Positions 27,714 through 38,319 of a stretch of DNA of 64,000 nt are shown one piece after another. Within the stretch, counting starts at the first letter, position 1. Each line of letters starts with the position of its first letter. This stretch comes from an uncultured Verrucomicrobiae bacterium. Its GTDB lineage: Bacteria; Verrucomicrobiota; Verrucomicrobiia; Chthoniobacterales; UBA10450. The stretch is from the NCBI GenBank assembly GCA_963801815.1, contig CAWDGJ010000002.1, positions 192,001-256,000 of the forward strand. The letters are read 5' to 3'. Both the position numbers and the translations under genes were made by a program. The notes beneath the pieces are model-generated. The model was not told the DNA's origin and did no database searches. It was given only the letters and a program-made list of their open reading frames with translations.

Positions 27714-29108
27714 TTGCTCGAATTGATCGAGTTGCTGAAAAGACGTTCATCGGCAAAGAAAGGTCTGCGGCACAAGGCGATCGGCGAGTACCACGATCTG
27801 CTCAAGAAAGATCAGACGTTGTCGGCCGCCGCTTTCAAAACGCTGCGCGATAACATGCGCGCCCGTCGTTTGCTCTACGGGGATCGGCCGATCGGCGTTG
27901 CCCTTAGACCCCACTTTCTTGAAGCACAGCAATTCGCTTCGCTCACAAAAATCGCAGAAACGGTCGCCAGCTCACTCGAGAAAGTTGCCGCAGCCGTTTT
28001 GCAATCGCCGGACTTGATGACGCAACTTGGGCTGACTGATCTCGAGCGCAAACTCGCGCTGGTCGATCCCGGATTCCGTGCCGCCACTGTAAATGCGCGC
28101 GTGGACGGGTTCGTTCACGGCGAGCAAATCCGCTTTGTCGAATACAACGCCGAGAACCCATCGAGTTTGTCGGACCAGGAAGGATTGAACCGGCTTTTGT
28201 TGGAAATTCCGGCGATGAGCACGTTCGCAAAGCGACACCGGCTGCGGCAATTCTCCGTGGTCGAGAAATTATGTGAGACGTTGCTCGACGTCTATCGGGA
28301 ATGGGGCGGGACCGGCGTTCCGAACATTGCCATTCTCGACTGGGAAAATCTGCCGACCAAGCACGAGTTCATCCTGCTTCGAGATGAATTCGCCGCCCAC
28401 GGCATAAACGCGGTCATCTGTTCGCCGGACGAACTCGAATACGCAGATCGCAAACTTCGATGCGGCGATTTTAGGATCGACATCGTTTACAAACGGATTC
28501 TTGTGCACGAGTTTCTCGCTCGTTATGACGAGCAGCACCCACTGGTGCGGGCCTATCTGAATCATGACGTTTGCCTGATCAACCCGTTTCGCTGCAAAAT
28601 CCTGCACAAGAAAGCGAGCTTCGAGATGTTGACCGACGAAGCGCACCAAAATTGGTTTAACAACACCGAGCTGGAAGCAATCCGACGTTCAGTGCCGTGG
28701 ACACGACGGGTCTCGGAACGCCGAACGACACGCCACGGCGTCGAAATCGATCTGTTGAAATTTGTTTCCGCGAATCGCGCGTCGCTCGTGCTTAAACCGA
28801 ATGACGACTATGGCGGCCGCGGAGTTTCTATCGGGCCGCGTTTAACCCAGGCGGAATGGGAAAACGCGATCGCGACCGCGCTCGCAAGCGATTACATCGT
28901 CCAAGACGCGATCGATTTGCAGCCCGAGGAGTTTCCAATTTTTAACGAAACCGACTGGAAATTGCAGCCGATGTTCGTCGACACCAATCCATTTCTGTTT
29001 CGCGGCAAAGTCTGCGGCGCGATGGTACGGTTATCGAATTCACCCATTGTTAACGTGACGTCCGGTGGAGGCGAGACAGGATTCTTCGTGATCGACGACG
29101 ACGAGTAA
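27714..29108 (+). CDS. Circularly permuted ATP-grasp (glutathionylspermidine synthase-like) ligase
   Basis: RVDG, VEYNAENP, IDIVYKR, KKASF, VLKPNDDYGGRGV, YIVQ, VNVTSGGG. Confidence 0.82.
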   Translation: MLELIELLKRRSSAKKGLRHKAIGEYHDLLKKDQTLSAAAFKTLRDNMRARRLLYGDRPIGVALRPHFLEAQQFASLTKIAETVASSLEKVAAAVLQSPDLMTQLGLTDLERKLALVDPGFRAATVNARVDGFVHGEQIRFVEYNAENPSSLSDQEGLNRLLLEIPAMSTFAKRHRLRQFSVVEKLCETLLDVYREWGGTGVPNIAILDWENLPTKHEFILLRDEFAAHGINAVICSPDELEYADRKLRCGDFRIDIVYKRILVHEFLARYDEQHPLVRAYLNHDVCLINPFRCKILHKKASFEMLTDEAHQNWFNNTELEAIRRSVPWTRRVSERRTTRHGVEIDLLKFVSANRASLVLKPNDDYGGRGVSIGPRLTQAEWENAIATALASDYIVQDAIDLQPEEFPIFNETDWKLQPMFVDTNPFLFRGKVCGAMVRLSNSPIVNVTSGGGETGFFVIDDDE

Positions 29109-29111
29109 CTT

Positions 29112-30399
29112 ATGGCGGAAGAAACAAGCCCACCGGAAGAACGCCGCCTGTTTGCGCGGATCGCGAATTTCTTCGGGCTCAAACGCAATCTCGTCATTCT
29201 CCTCCTGGCGATCTTCGTCATCGGCACCGGCGAAGAACTCTGGATGCGGTTCATCCCGAAGTATCTCAAGGAACTTGGCGCCGCGGTTTTGGTGATCGGA
29301 CTTTACGACGCGATCCGAACATTGCTCGGCGCGGTTTACGCCTATCCCGGCGGCGTGATTGTCGATCGTTGGGGACATCGACGCGCGTTTCTCGCGTTTA
29401 ACATCGTCTCCATAATCGGTTACGCGCTCGTGCTTTTGATTCCGCATTGGAGTGCGGTCATCGTCGGAATGTTTCTGTTCCTTTCCTGGAGCTGCTTTTC
29501 GTTGCCGGCGACTTTCTCGCTGGTCGCGGCCGCGCTCGAAGCGAACCGCCACTCGATGGGCATCGGTGTACAATCCGTGATCAAGCGGCTGCCGATTATG
29601 ATTGCGCCGTTTTTCGGGGGAATGTTGATCGATCGGTTCGGCGTGATCAACGGAGTGCGGATTGCGCTCGCGATTTCGATCGTCTTTTCCGCGGCTACGA
29701 TTGTCCTGCAACGCCAGCTGCAGGAAATTCCAAAACCCGAAGCCGCACCGGACGAGAGCTGGAGTTTTTGGCGAAGCTTGCGCGAGTTCAATCGTCCGAT
29801 GCGTCGCCTGTTGCTGAGCGACATCCTGGTCCGTTTCTGCGAACGGATTCCCTATGCGTGGGTGGTGATTTTTGCGATGGATTACATTGGTGTGAGCGCG
29901 AAGCAGGTTGGCATTCTCACCGCCGTGGAAATGCTGGCCGCGATGTTGTGCATCATTCCCGCATCGCACTATGCCGACCGCTACGGCCGCGAACCGTTCG
30001 TGATCGTGACGTTCATCATGTTCACTCTGTTTCCGATCGGCCTCATCGTCGCTCGCTCATATCCGACTTACAGTCTGGGCCTGCTCGTTGTGGCTTTTAT
30101 GATCCGGGGCCTTAAGGAATTCGGCGACACCCCACGCAAAGCGCTCATCATCGGCTACTGCGATCCGCTCCGGTGTGGGCAAATGGTCGGCGCGTACCTA
30201 TTCAGTACGGGATCTGATCGTCAGCTTCGGGGCGATCGTTGGCGCTTATCTTTGGGCGCTCGGCGCTGAGCTCAACTTCCTCGTCGCTACGGCGCTCGGC
30301 ATCGCGGGCACAATTTTCTACATCAAAACCATTCGCGAGCAGCGGCTGGACGAATTGGCAGACATGAAAGAAGAAATCTCGCGCCGCCGTTTCCGATAA
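29112..30399 (+). CDS. MFS transporter (+1 frameshift near 30197)
   Basis: GVIVDRWGHRR and ADRYGRE motif-A loops; ORF 30175-30399 supplies the last helices. Confidence 0.85.
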
Positions 30400-30551
30400 A
30401 ATCGAGATATATCGTCTGTCCTTCCAGCCTCGGGCCTCCGAAACGGAGACGCGCTCATCCGATCACCACGAATTTCGAGACAGGAGTCAATAAACTCTGA
30501 CTAAGAGCAAACTCGCCGGCAACTTGATTGCATCCCGAGATCTCGGCATTT

Positions 30552-32225
30552 CTATTTTGAATTAGTCGCCGGCACGTCGCTTGGGTCGCCCAGATATTCC
30601 CAGCGCTGGAGCGAGATCGGAACGTTGCCGTTTTTCCAGACGAAATCGTGGAACGCACGAAGGTTGAATTGTTCGCCTTGTTTCATTCGCGCTTCGGCGA
30701 GGAACTTTATAATCTGAAGCTTGCCGATCTGGTAATCGATCGCCTGTCCAGGACCGGTTGAGAACGCGATCGCTTCCTGCCGTGCTGTCCCCTCGTCCAT
30801 TGGAACTTTCTCCTGCAAATATTTTGCCGCCTGCTCGAGGGTGAACTGGCCAAGCGCGAGCCTAACGTCCACTTCCACGCGGAGCGCGCGAAGCCGCATG
30901 AAATTGTAAATGATCTCGCGGGTGTGCGGGCTGTCGTCAAACAATCCAGCCTGCAACATCATTTCCTCGGCGTAAAAGCCGAGTCCTTCGTTCGGGCCGG
31001 AATCATAATAATGCCGGCGAATCGGGTCTTCGTGTTTCCAGGAAAGGCAAAGCTGGAAATAGTGGCCCGGAATTCCTTCGTGCACGCAAATCGGACGCGA
31101 GTCCATGGCGGTGGCGCGCCAGAAATAACCGAGTTTGTCCGACGGTTCGGGCACGTAGCGAATGCAGTTCTCTTTCAAACGCGACGGCGATGTGAAATCG
31201 TCGGTTTCGCTGAATCCGAGAGCGCGCAAGTAATCAGGCGTCCGCCTCAGGGTGTAATGCTGAATCCAATCTGGGACGCTCACGATCCCGCGGTCTTCGA
31301 GAAATTTCCGAACCTGTAGCTCTTTCGTGGCGGCGTCGGCGATCCAGCTGTCGATATTGTCCGCGATTTTCAGCGGCGGCACGTCTTTGTTCCGGTTTCT
31401 CTCATACGTTTCGAACGCCACCGCGCGGTTCCATTCCTGCCGACCCATCGCGAGAATTTCTTCCGGCGTAAACAGCATCAGCGCGACATTGCGCAAAAAC
31501 CAAATGTATGAGTCGCGACCGAGAGCAGTTTGCTGCGGCAACGATGGCAACCTTTTCTGGAGATCGGCCCGAAATTTTTCCAGCGCGTCCGCCGCGCGAT
31601 CAACCGCGCCGTTCAACTCGTCGGGTCTGAGGGTTGTCGATGGTTGCAATGCCGCCGCCATTTTCCGCAGCCGGTCGCGAATTCCATCCAAGGCTTGGAT
31701 CGTTACGCTCGCAAACGGCGCCGGCGGTTTCTCGAGATTGGCTTCGCCCGCTTGCAGGATCGACGGAATATTTTCGAGCCGTGTGAGAATTTCTTTGCTG
31801 CGCGAATCATCATAAGGCGCGGGCACAGTCAGCGCTTCGGTAAGCGCAGTAAGGGTTTGGCTGATGTAAAATAGCGGATCGCGTTTCCAGCCTGGATTTA
31901 TTTCGAGCTCCCAGCGCACGCGCGACAACGCGGAGCAGATCAATCTGTAATCGACCTGTTTCGGAACCGGCCAACTTTTGGCGTCGATCCGCTTCCAGCG
32001 CGATTCGAAATCGGCCAGATCTTTGCGGCGTTTTTCAATGCTGGCGCGGGACCAATCGCGCGTGCCATCCGGGCGCTCCATTCGCGGCACGTCATCTCCG
32101 TTGAACGGTGCGTACTTCGCGCGCCAGGTCCAGAAATCATCCGAAAGTTTTTCAGGAGAATCGGTTTGTGCGCGAAGCGACAGCGCCGTCGCGATCAGAA
32201 AAACAAACGTGCAAAAATTCTTCAT
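30552..32225 (-). CDS. DUF885 family secreted protein
   Basis: HEGIPGHYFQ, EGLGFYAE, RALRVEVD, PGQAIDYQIG, FNLRAFHD. Confidence 0.9.
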   Translation of the reverse strand: MKNFCTFVFLIATALSLRAQTDSPEKLSDDFWTWRAKYAPFNGDDVPRMERPDGTRDWSRASIEKRRKDLADFESRWKRIDAKSWPVPKQVDYRLICSALSRVRWELEINPGWKRDPLFYISQTLTALTEALTVPAPYDDSRSKEILTRLENIPSILQAGEANLEKPPAPFASVTIQALDGIRDRLRKMAAALQPSTTLRPDELNGAVDRAADALEKFRADLQKRLPSLPQQTALGRDSYIWFLRNVALMLFTPEEILAMGRQEWNRAVAFETYERNRNKDVPPLKIADNIDSWIADAATKELQVRKFLEDRGIVSVPDWIQHYTLRRTPDYLRALGFSETDDFTSPSRLKENCIRYVPEPSDKLGYFWRATAMDSRPICVHEGIPGHYFQLCLSWKHEDPIRRHYYDSGPNEGLGFYAEEMMLQAGLFDDSPHTREIIYNFMRLRALRVEVDVRLALGQFTLEQAAKYLQEKVPMDEGTARQEAIAFSTGPGQAIDYQIGKLQIIKFLAEARMKQGEQFNLRAFHDFVWKNGNVPISLQRWEYLGDPSDVPATNSK

Positions 32226-32234
32226 AATCAAATC

Positions 32235-33260
32235 TCAATCCGCATTTTGCCGCACCGTGATCACCGCCGGCGTGCGGTCCGACCGGTACATCGACGCACC
32301 GTAGCAAATAGCCGGAGCATTGGGGCGGGCGTAGCGAATTTTTTGCAACTGGGCATCCCAGTGTTCCATGTAGGCGCAATTCGCGGTTTTAGTCGCACCG
32401 GGAATCTGGACGTAACGATTCTCCGTGAGGGTGAGGAACGCCCCTTCGCCGGGCAACGGCACCGGCACCGCCCAATTCGGCGATAACCGGACAAAACGCG
32501 GACCGTTCAGGTCCAGCGCGAACGAGGTGTCACCGTCGGTACTATTTAGATGCAAACCGAAAAACGCGACCCGCAACAATCCATCTAACAGAAATTGGCG
32601 ATCCGGACTCTGATTCTCATGCAAAATGTCATAAACGCCGACGAAACCCGGCAACGTTCCAAAGTCGGCCTGGATGCCGGTCTTCAAATAGCGGATCACG
32701 TAGTGCTTGCCGTGTTTCTCGCCGTCGACTTGATCGTCCGGGTCGCTTGGATCTTCCCGCAAAATCAACTCCACCGAACCGTCAGGCGCTTTATAAGTCC
32801 GGCGCTCGCCAATCATTCCACCCGGGGTGCGAGCCACGCTGGCATCTGTCGATACCGAAGGGGATGCCGATTCGCTCGGCGGCGGCGCCTCGCGATTTGT
32901 GAAATACAGCGAAGTTTTTGTTCGTTCGTACCAGTCGGGTCGCGACTCGAGTTTTCTCAAATCAGTGCCGAGGGGTTGGACGCTCCAAAATTCGAGCGCA
33001 CTGTTGTTTGGTTTCTCGCGGGTGAAAACGATGGTCGTACCGTCCGGCGCGAAGATTGGATCGACATCCTGGCCGGAATTGTCATCCGTCAGCTGGCGCA
33101 AGAACTTCCCGTCATCGCGATAAAGATAAAGATGCGAGTGGCTGGTGCCTTCGGCCTGCAAATAACGGATCGCAACTACAATTTCGGAGGCGGCCCGCAA
33201 ATCGAATGTCAGCAGCCAAAGTGTTGCTGCGACAATTACGATTTGCGATATGAACTTCAT
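32235..33260 (-). CDS. Secreted hypothetical protein with an N-terminal TolB/PD40-like repeat
   Basis: Signal peptide; RQLTDDNSGQDVDPIFAPDGTTIVFTR. Confidence 0.7.
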   Translation of the reverse strand: MKFISQIVIVAATLWLLTFDLRAASEIVVAIRYLQAEGTSHSHLYLYRDDGKFLRQLTDDNSGQDVDPIFAPDGTTIVFTREKPNNSALEFWSVQPLGTDLRKLESRPDWYERTKTSLYFTNREAPPPSESASPSVSTDASVARTPGGMIGERRTYKAPDGSVELILREDPSDPDDQVDGEKHGKHYVIRYLKTGIQADFGTLPGFVGVYDILHENQSPDRQFLLDGLLRVAFFGLHLNSTDGDTSFALDLNGPRFVRLSPNWAVPVPLPGEGAFLTLTENRYVQIPGATKTANCAYMEHWDAQLQKIRYARPNAPAICYGASMYRSDRTPAVITVRQNAD

Positions 33261-35104
33261 CAGCGCAGCGGGAGCTGAATCGAGCTCGCGTGCTGGGCGT
33301 CGTGATGAATTTGAACATGACAGGTGCGAGCGTCCTTGGCCGTTTCGTCAGCAACCACGCCGCCGGAGCAATAATTCTTTTGCCAGAAAATCGAATTCAC
33401 TGCCGTGACGACCAGCCGGAGCCGGCTGCCTTTCATCATTTTTCGCGCGACAAACAAACCAGGATTGAAGTCGCATTTCACAATTTCGCCCGGCTGCAGC
33501 AGTTTCGCTTCACGGAGTGAATCGCGGTAACGCAGCCGGCGAATGTCGCTCCAAAGCGCGATGCTCGTCCCATCGGGTTGGATTTCGTAAAGGTCCGCTT
33601 CAAGATCGACATCCGGTGTATCGATCGAAACCCAAAGCGTGACCGCCGGGCAACCGACGAGCGGCGTTTCATTCGTCAACGCGTCGCCGTGATAAACCAG
33701 ACCGTCCTTGCCGATACTCAACGGCAGCTTTTGATCGAGACCAGCGGTCTTGTCGTTGGGCTCAGCTCCTTCGGTTTCTTCACCACGTTGTGTGTCGAGG
33801 GGATTGTAAACGAACGCGTCAGCGCCACTTGCAGGCTTGGTTTCACTCAACGTTCCGGACCGGTAAACACCATTCGCGTCGCCATTCTTCGAATCGAAAT
33901 AAAACGTTTTGGGGTTGGCGATCAGGTTCGCGTAGCTGTCCGTGTATTTCCATTCGCCGTTCGCGGCGGAGTTCCCCGCTGCGATCAAATAATACGCGAC
34001 CTGGTTCTTTAAAAACTGCGGCTTTGCGCCGCCTTTCATCGTCCAGTCGTACCATTGCCGATGCAGATCGTTTAGATCGAGCACCGCGTCCTTGCCGAAT
34101 TTCACGCCCGCGACTTCATCCGTCGGCGTTCGGGTGCCGGCATGGTCCCAAGGGCCGATAATTAAGAAATGTTTCCCCTGTGCTTCAGGCGGTGCATTGG
34201 CAATGTGGTCGCGGTAAAACGTCATCGCGCCCAGCTCATCGCCATCGTACTGGCCGGTGATCGTCAAAATTGGCAGCGTCATTTTTTTGAACTGCTCCAC
34301 CGTCGGAACCATCGCGTCGTAGTACGCGTCGGCGGTCGGATGTTTCAGGATTCGCTGAAAACTCACGGATGGATTGCCAACGAACGAGTCTAGTGTCTTG
34401 AACGCGATATGTTTCTTGTAGGCATCAAGGAACTTGGAGCGCCAGAACTTTGAATCGCCGAACAGATTGACCTGGCCCGCCTTTCCGCTGGTGAAGGTGA
34501 ACCATTGCACGTCGTAGGTTTCGCCGACGTTATCGAGCGACGGATAATCAAGTGGCGGATGCGCGGCCGCGGCCGGAACGATCGTAGCCAAGTGTGGTGG
34601 AAATTCTTTAGCCGTCGCCCATTGATCGAATCCCGCGTAGGACCCGCCCCACATCGCGACTTTGCCATTGCAAAATGGTTGTTGCGCGAGCCATTCGACG
34701 ACGTCGTGACCGTCCCGCGGTTCTTGCGCGAAGGGCTCGAAGTCGCCACCAGAATTTCCGCGGCCGCGAACATCCACTAGCGCAAATACGTAACCATGCG
34801 ACGCGAAATATGCCGCGCGCGGATGATAGCTGTCGGAGATGTAGGGAGTCAGCGTGAAGATGACCGGCGTTTTCGGCATCGAACCGTCCGGTGTTTTGGG
34901 AAAATAGAGCGTCGCGTTGAGCTCCACTTTGTCCCGCATCGGAATCTTCACGCCCCATTTGAGGTCATAATCAGCGACCGGTGACGGAGTGGGACTGGCC
35001 TCCGATCTTGGTTCCGGCGACGGACCTTTTGTTTGAGCAAGTACCGAGGCGAAGATCGAAGCCGTAAAGACAACAGCGAATGAGAGAATCAAGCGTGTCG
35101 GCAT
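33260..35104 (-). CDS. CocE/NonD family hydrolase (peptidase S15)
   Basis: TPY, DVRGRGNSGG, nucleophile WGGSYAG, IGPWDH; signal peptide. Confidence 0.92.
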   Translation of the reverse strand: MPTRLILSFAVVFTASIFASVLAQTKGPSPEPRSEASPTPSPVADYDLKWGVKIPMRDKVELNATLYFPKTPDGSMPKTPVIFTLTPYISDSYHPRAAYFASHGYVFALVDVRGRGNSGGDFEPFAQEPRDGHDVVEWLAQQPFCNGKVAMWGGSYAGFDQWATAKEFPPHLATIVPAAAAHPPLDYPSLDNVGETYDVQWFTFTSGKAGQVNLFGDSKFWRSKFLDAYKKHIAFKTLDSFVGNPSVSFQRILKHPTADAYYDAMVPTVEQFKKMTLPILTITGQYDGDELGAMTFYRDHIANAPPEAQGKHFLIIGPWDHAGTRTPTDEVAGVKFGKDAVLDLNDLHRQWYDWTMKGGAKPQFLKNQVAYYLIAAGNSAANGEWKYTDSYANLIANPKTFYFDSKNGDANGVYRSGTLSETKPASGADAFVYNPLDTQRGEETEGAEPNDKTAGLDQKLPLSIGKDGLVYHGDALTNETPLVGCPAVTLWVSIDTPDVDLEADLYEIQPDGTSIALWSDIRRLRYRDSLREAKLLQPGEIVKCDFNPGLFVARKMMKGSRLRLVVTAVNSIFWQKNYCSGGVVADETAKDARTCHVQIHHDAQHASSIQLPLR

Positions 35105-35193
35105 GCGGCCGATTGAAACGAAATCCACGCAGCAAAACAACGCCCAAAATGCGTTGTCTTGATTTCGCCTGACAAAGTTCCTATACCGCCATC

Positions 35194-36570
35194 ATGAAAT
35201 CGCCCGCCATCCGTTCGTTGTTTTTTCTCCTCGCATTCGCCCTGGCAATGAGCTCCCAGGGTGCGGAAAAGACCATCGTGCTCCAAGCCGCGCGCCTATT
35301 TGACGGCAAAGCAAAGGCGCTCGTGCAAAACGGCGTCGTGATCGTTCAAGGTAACAAGATCGTCGATGCCGGCAGCAATTTGCCGGCACCATCGGACGCG
35401 CAGGTGATCGATCTAGGCGATGCAACGTTATCGCCAGGATTTATGGATGGTCACACCCACCTCACCCTCGACTTTTCCGGCAACTACAACGAACGCCGAC
35501 TGAAAGAGATCGACCTGAACGTTTCTGAACAGGCGATCTTGGCGACGAAATACGCGCGCGCGACCGTGGAGGCCGGTTTCACAACGGTGCGCGATCTTGG
35601 CAGCCGATTCGCGGGTAGCAAAGAAATGGTCGACATCGCCTTGCGGAACTCGATCAACAAAGGCGTGGTTGTTGGTCCGCGAATGCTGGTTGCCACGTTT
35701 GGCATCGGCGCGACCGGAGGACATTTCGATCCGACTAGCGGGTTTCGCGACATGCTTTTTGGCCGCGAGCCCAATGAAACAGATGGCATCGCCGATGGGC
35801 CGGACGCAATTCGCAAGGCCGTGCGTTGGGAGGTAAAGAACGGCGCCGATGTGATCAAGGCCGCGGTCTCCGGCGGAGTCCTTTCGTTGGCTGACGAAGT
35901 TGACACTCCACAACTCACGCCTGCGGAAATGGCGGCGTTGGTCGACGAATCGCATCGGCTGCGAAAAAAAGTTGCCGTGCATTGTCACGGCGATCAGGCG
36001 GCGAAGGAAGCGATCGCTGCGGGCGTGGATTCCATCGAACACGGTTCGTTCCTGAAACCGGAAACCCTTACCCTGATGAAAAACAAAGGAACTTATCTGA
36101 CGCCCACCTTGATGGCGACGGAATGGATCCTCGGTAAGATCGACAATTATCCGCCGGCGTTGCAAGCCAAGGCGCGAGCGGCAGGCGCTGCGCGCTCCGA
36201 AATGTTCCGAAACGCGGTGAAGATGGGCGTCAAGATTTCGTTCGGCACTGACGCGGCCGTTTATCCTCACGGACAGAACGCCAAAGAATTCAAGCTAATG
36301 GTCGATCTTGGAATGCAACCGATCGACGCCCTGAGAACGGCGACCGGAAACGCGGCCGACCTTTTCGGAATAACGCAGAAAGTTGGAACATTGGAAAAAG
36401 GCAAACTGGCGGACGTAATCGCCATGCCCGGTGATCCAACGGCCGATATCACCGCGACCGAACGTGTTTCGTTCGTGATGAAAGAGGGCAAGATTATCCG
36501 CAACGGCCCCCCAAGCGCATCGCCTGTCGCCGAGACGGACGAAACACCGTCAGAAATTCCGGCTGATTAA
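35194..36570 (+). CDS. Amidohydrolase family protein (prolidase/Xaa-Pro dipeptidase-like)
   Basis: PGFMDGHTH, GFTTVRD, GADVIK, VHCHG, SIEHG, FGTDA, GKLADVI. Confidence 0.92.
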   Translation: MKSPAIRSLFFLLAFALAMSSQGAEKTIVLQAARLFDGKAKALVQNGVVIVQGNKIVDAGSNLPAPSDAQVIDLGDATLSPGFMDGHTHLTLDFSGNYNERRLKEIDLNVSEQAILATKYARATVEAGFTTVRDLGSRFAGSKEMVDIALRNSINKGVVVGPRMLVATFGIGATGGHFDPTSGFRDMLFGREPNETDGIADGPDAIRKAVRWEVKNGADVIKAAVSGGVLSLADEVDTPQLTPAEMAALVDESHRLRKKVAVHCHGDQAAKEAIAAGVDSIEHGSFLKPETLTLMKNKGTYLTPTLMATEWILGKIDNYPPALQAKARAAGAARSEMFRNAVKMGVKISFGTDAAVYPHGQNAKEFKLMVDLGMQPIDALRTATGNAADLFGITQKVGTLEKGKLADVIAMPGDPTADITATERVSFVMKEGKIIRNGPPSASPVAETDETPSEIPAD

Positions 36571-37439
36571 CGATATATGTTTCCGGTGAGCACAGCTACG
36601 TGTGTGTCGTTAGGAACCACCGCTACTCGCGCTGAGTCGCTCGTTGCGTTTATGAAGTAAAGCGAAGCTCCCGGGCCAATATAAACCGGATAGAATGTGT
36701 ATGGCTGACCGTCGATGAATTGCGGATTTCTCCAATCGACCGCAATGGCTCGCGAACTCACAGAAGAACTCACTGCCACCGAGTCGCTGAAGTTGATTGA
36801 ACGAGGATCTCGAACATCGCCGCGGTTGTCGTAGTCGTATAGGTTGTATGGCACGTAACGCCAGTTTCGCACTCCATTCGTCGGGAACCAGTTTGTCCCG
36901 AACGCGTCGACTTCACTTTCCAACGGAATCGTCCGACTGACGATCGTTCGCGTGCGCACCTGGTCGATCAAAGCCGGCTGGATGTGATCTTCGCCGGCGA
37001 AGCGGTACGAATAAAACGCGATTTCGTTATCCAGGCCGCCCCACCGGCTCAAATTAATCGGATGACCGAAGGCCACTTCGAAAATGTCAACGCGCGGATA
37101 GTGATTTTGCGGCTCCCCGGACGAATTGTTAGCTTGGCGCGCAGCGGTTGCTTCGGCCGCTACGGCTTCTTCCTTCGACGCGACAAGATTCGAGTCGCGA
37201 AGTGACTTAAGCAGCGAATCACTTGCGCCTTGTGATTTGAGGATGTTCTCCTGTGGCTGGGTCAGGGAGTGAAGAAGTTTTCGGTCGGCTACTTCGTTCT
37301 TAATAGAGAACTCGGGTTCATGCATCCGGACCAGCAGCGACAACTCGCTGAAACCGATCGGGGTGGCGTGGAGTTGAGAGGAGACTAGTAAAAGAGCGGC
37401 AGTGGCGGCTAAGAGGCTATAACGAGTTGGGCTTTTCAT
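36567..37439 (-). CDS. Secreted hypothetical protein
   Basis: Signal peptide; 290-aa ORF; no family recognised. Confidence 0.65.
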   Translation of the reverse strand: MKSPTRYSLLAATAALLLVSSQLHATPIGFSELSLLVRMHEPEFSIKNEVADRKLLHSLTQPQENILKSQGASDSLLKSLRDSNLVASKEEAVAAEATAARQANNSSGEPQNHYPRVDIFEVAFGHPINLSRWGGLDNEIAFYSYRFAGEDHIQPALIDQVRTRTIVSRTIPLESEVDAFGTNWFPTNGVRNWRYVPYNLYDYDNRGDVRDPRSINFSDSVAVSSSVSSRAIAVDWRNPQFIDGQPYTFYPVYIGPGASLYFINATSDSARVAVVPNDTHVAVLTGNIYR

Positions 37440-37515
37440 AACCCCCGGGTTTTACCAAGTTCTACAGAGATATTGCAAGCCAAAAAGAGCCCTTACCGAG
37501 GCGAAGAAATCCGCT

Positions 37516-37543
37516 TTGACAGCCGCTATGTTCGTTCTATTAT
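37516..37543 (+). promoter_or_regulatory. Sigma70-type promoter for rplA
   Basis: TTGACA-N16-TATTAT. Confidence 0.65.
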
Positions 37544-37560
37544 GCGCTCCCCCAATAACT

Positions 37561-37590
37561 GCAGGAGAGCCAAGAGCTCGTTTGAACTGC
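37561..37590 (+). promoter_or_regulatory. Putative L1-binding autoregulatory leader
   Basis: GCAG-GA-GAGC-CAAGA-GCTC-GTTTGAA-CTGC: two helices around an asymmetric internal loop, 8 nt before the rplA ATG. Confidence 0.65.
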
Positions 37591-37598
37591 TCAAAATC

Positions 37599-38309
37599 AT
37601 GCAACAAAAACGAAGCAAAAGATATCGCGCCGCCGCCGAGCAGGTGGACCGCAAAAAGTCTTACAGCCTGACTGACGCTGTCGCGACGCTGAAGAAGTTC
37701 CCGCCGACCAAGTTCGATCAAACCGTCACGGTTTCGTTTCGGCTTGGAGTCGATCCTAAACAATCCGACCAGATGGTGCGCGGCACCTGCGCACTTCCGC
37801 ACGGCAGCGGCAAATCCGTGCGGGTTCTCGTATTCGCCGAAGGGGCAGCCGCGAAGGCCGCCAAGGAGGCAGGCGCGGAGCACGTGGGATTTAAGGAACT
37901 GATCCAAAAAGTTCAGGAGGGGTTTCAAGATTTCGACGTCGCTGTATCAACTCCGGCGGCAATGGCTGAAGTCCGCAAGCTCGGAAAAGTTCTCGGACCG
38001 CGCGGGCTGATGCCAAACCCCAAAGCGGGCACCGTTGCGGAAGACACCGCGAAGGCGGTTCAAGAAGTGAAAGCCGGGCGAGTCGAGTTCAAGCTCGACA
38101 AGAACGGCAATGTCGCCGTCCCCATTGGGAAATTTTCATTCGAAGAAAAAGCGTTGATTGAAAACAGCAACGCCGTGATCGAGGCGGTAGTGCGAGCTCG
38201 GCCGGCAACTGCCAAAGGACGCTATCTTGACGCGATGACGTTAAGCGCCACAATGTCGCCCGGCCTGAAACTCGACCCGTCCCCGTACCTCGCCAGCCAG
38301 GCAGCCTGA
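37599..38309 (+). CDS. rplA: 50S ribosomal protein L1
   Basis: [45 protein letters not shown] at 37599 after the leader. Confidence 0.97.
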   Translation: MQQKRSKRYRAAAEQVDRKKSYSLTDAVATLKKFPPTKFDQTVTVSFRLGVDPKQSDQMVRGTCALPHGSGKSVRVLVFAEGAAAKAAKEAGAEHVGFKELIQKVQEGFQDFDVAVSTPAAMAEVRKLGKVLGPRGLMPNPKAGTVAEDTAKAVQEVKAGRVEFKLDKNGNVAVPIGKFSFEEKALIENSNAVIEAVVRARPATAKGRYLDAMTLSATMSPGLKLDPSPYLASQAA

Positions 38310-38319
38310 GATCCAAATC

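Noticed and set aside
37473..37598. Extended N-terminus of L1
   Set aside because: The region holds the promoter and leader; L1 homology starts at the ATG at 37599.
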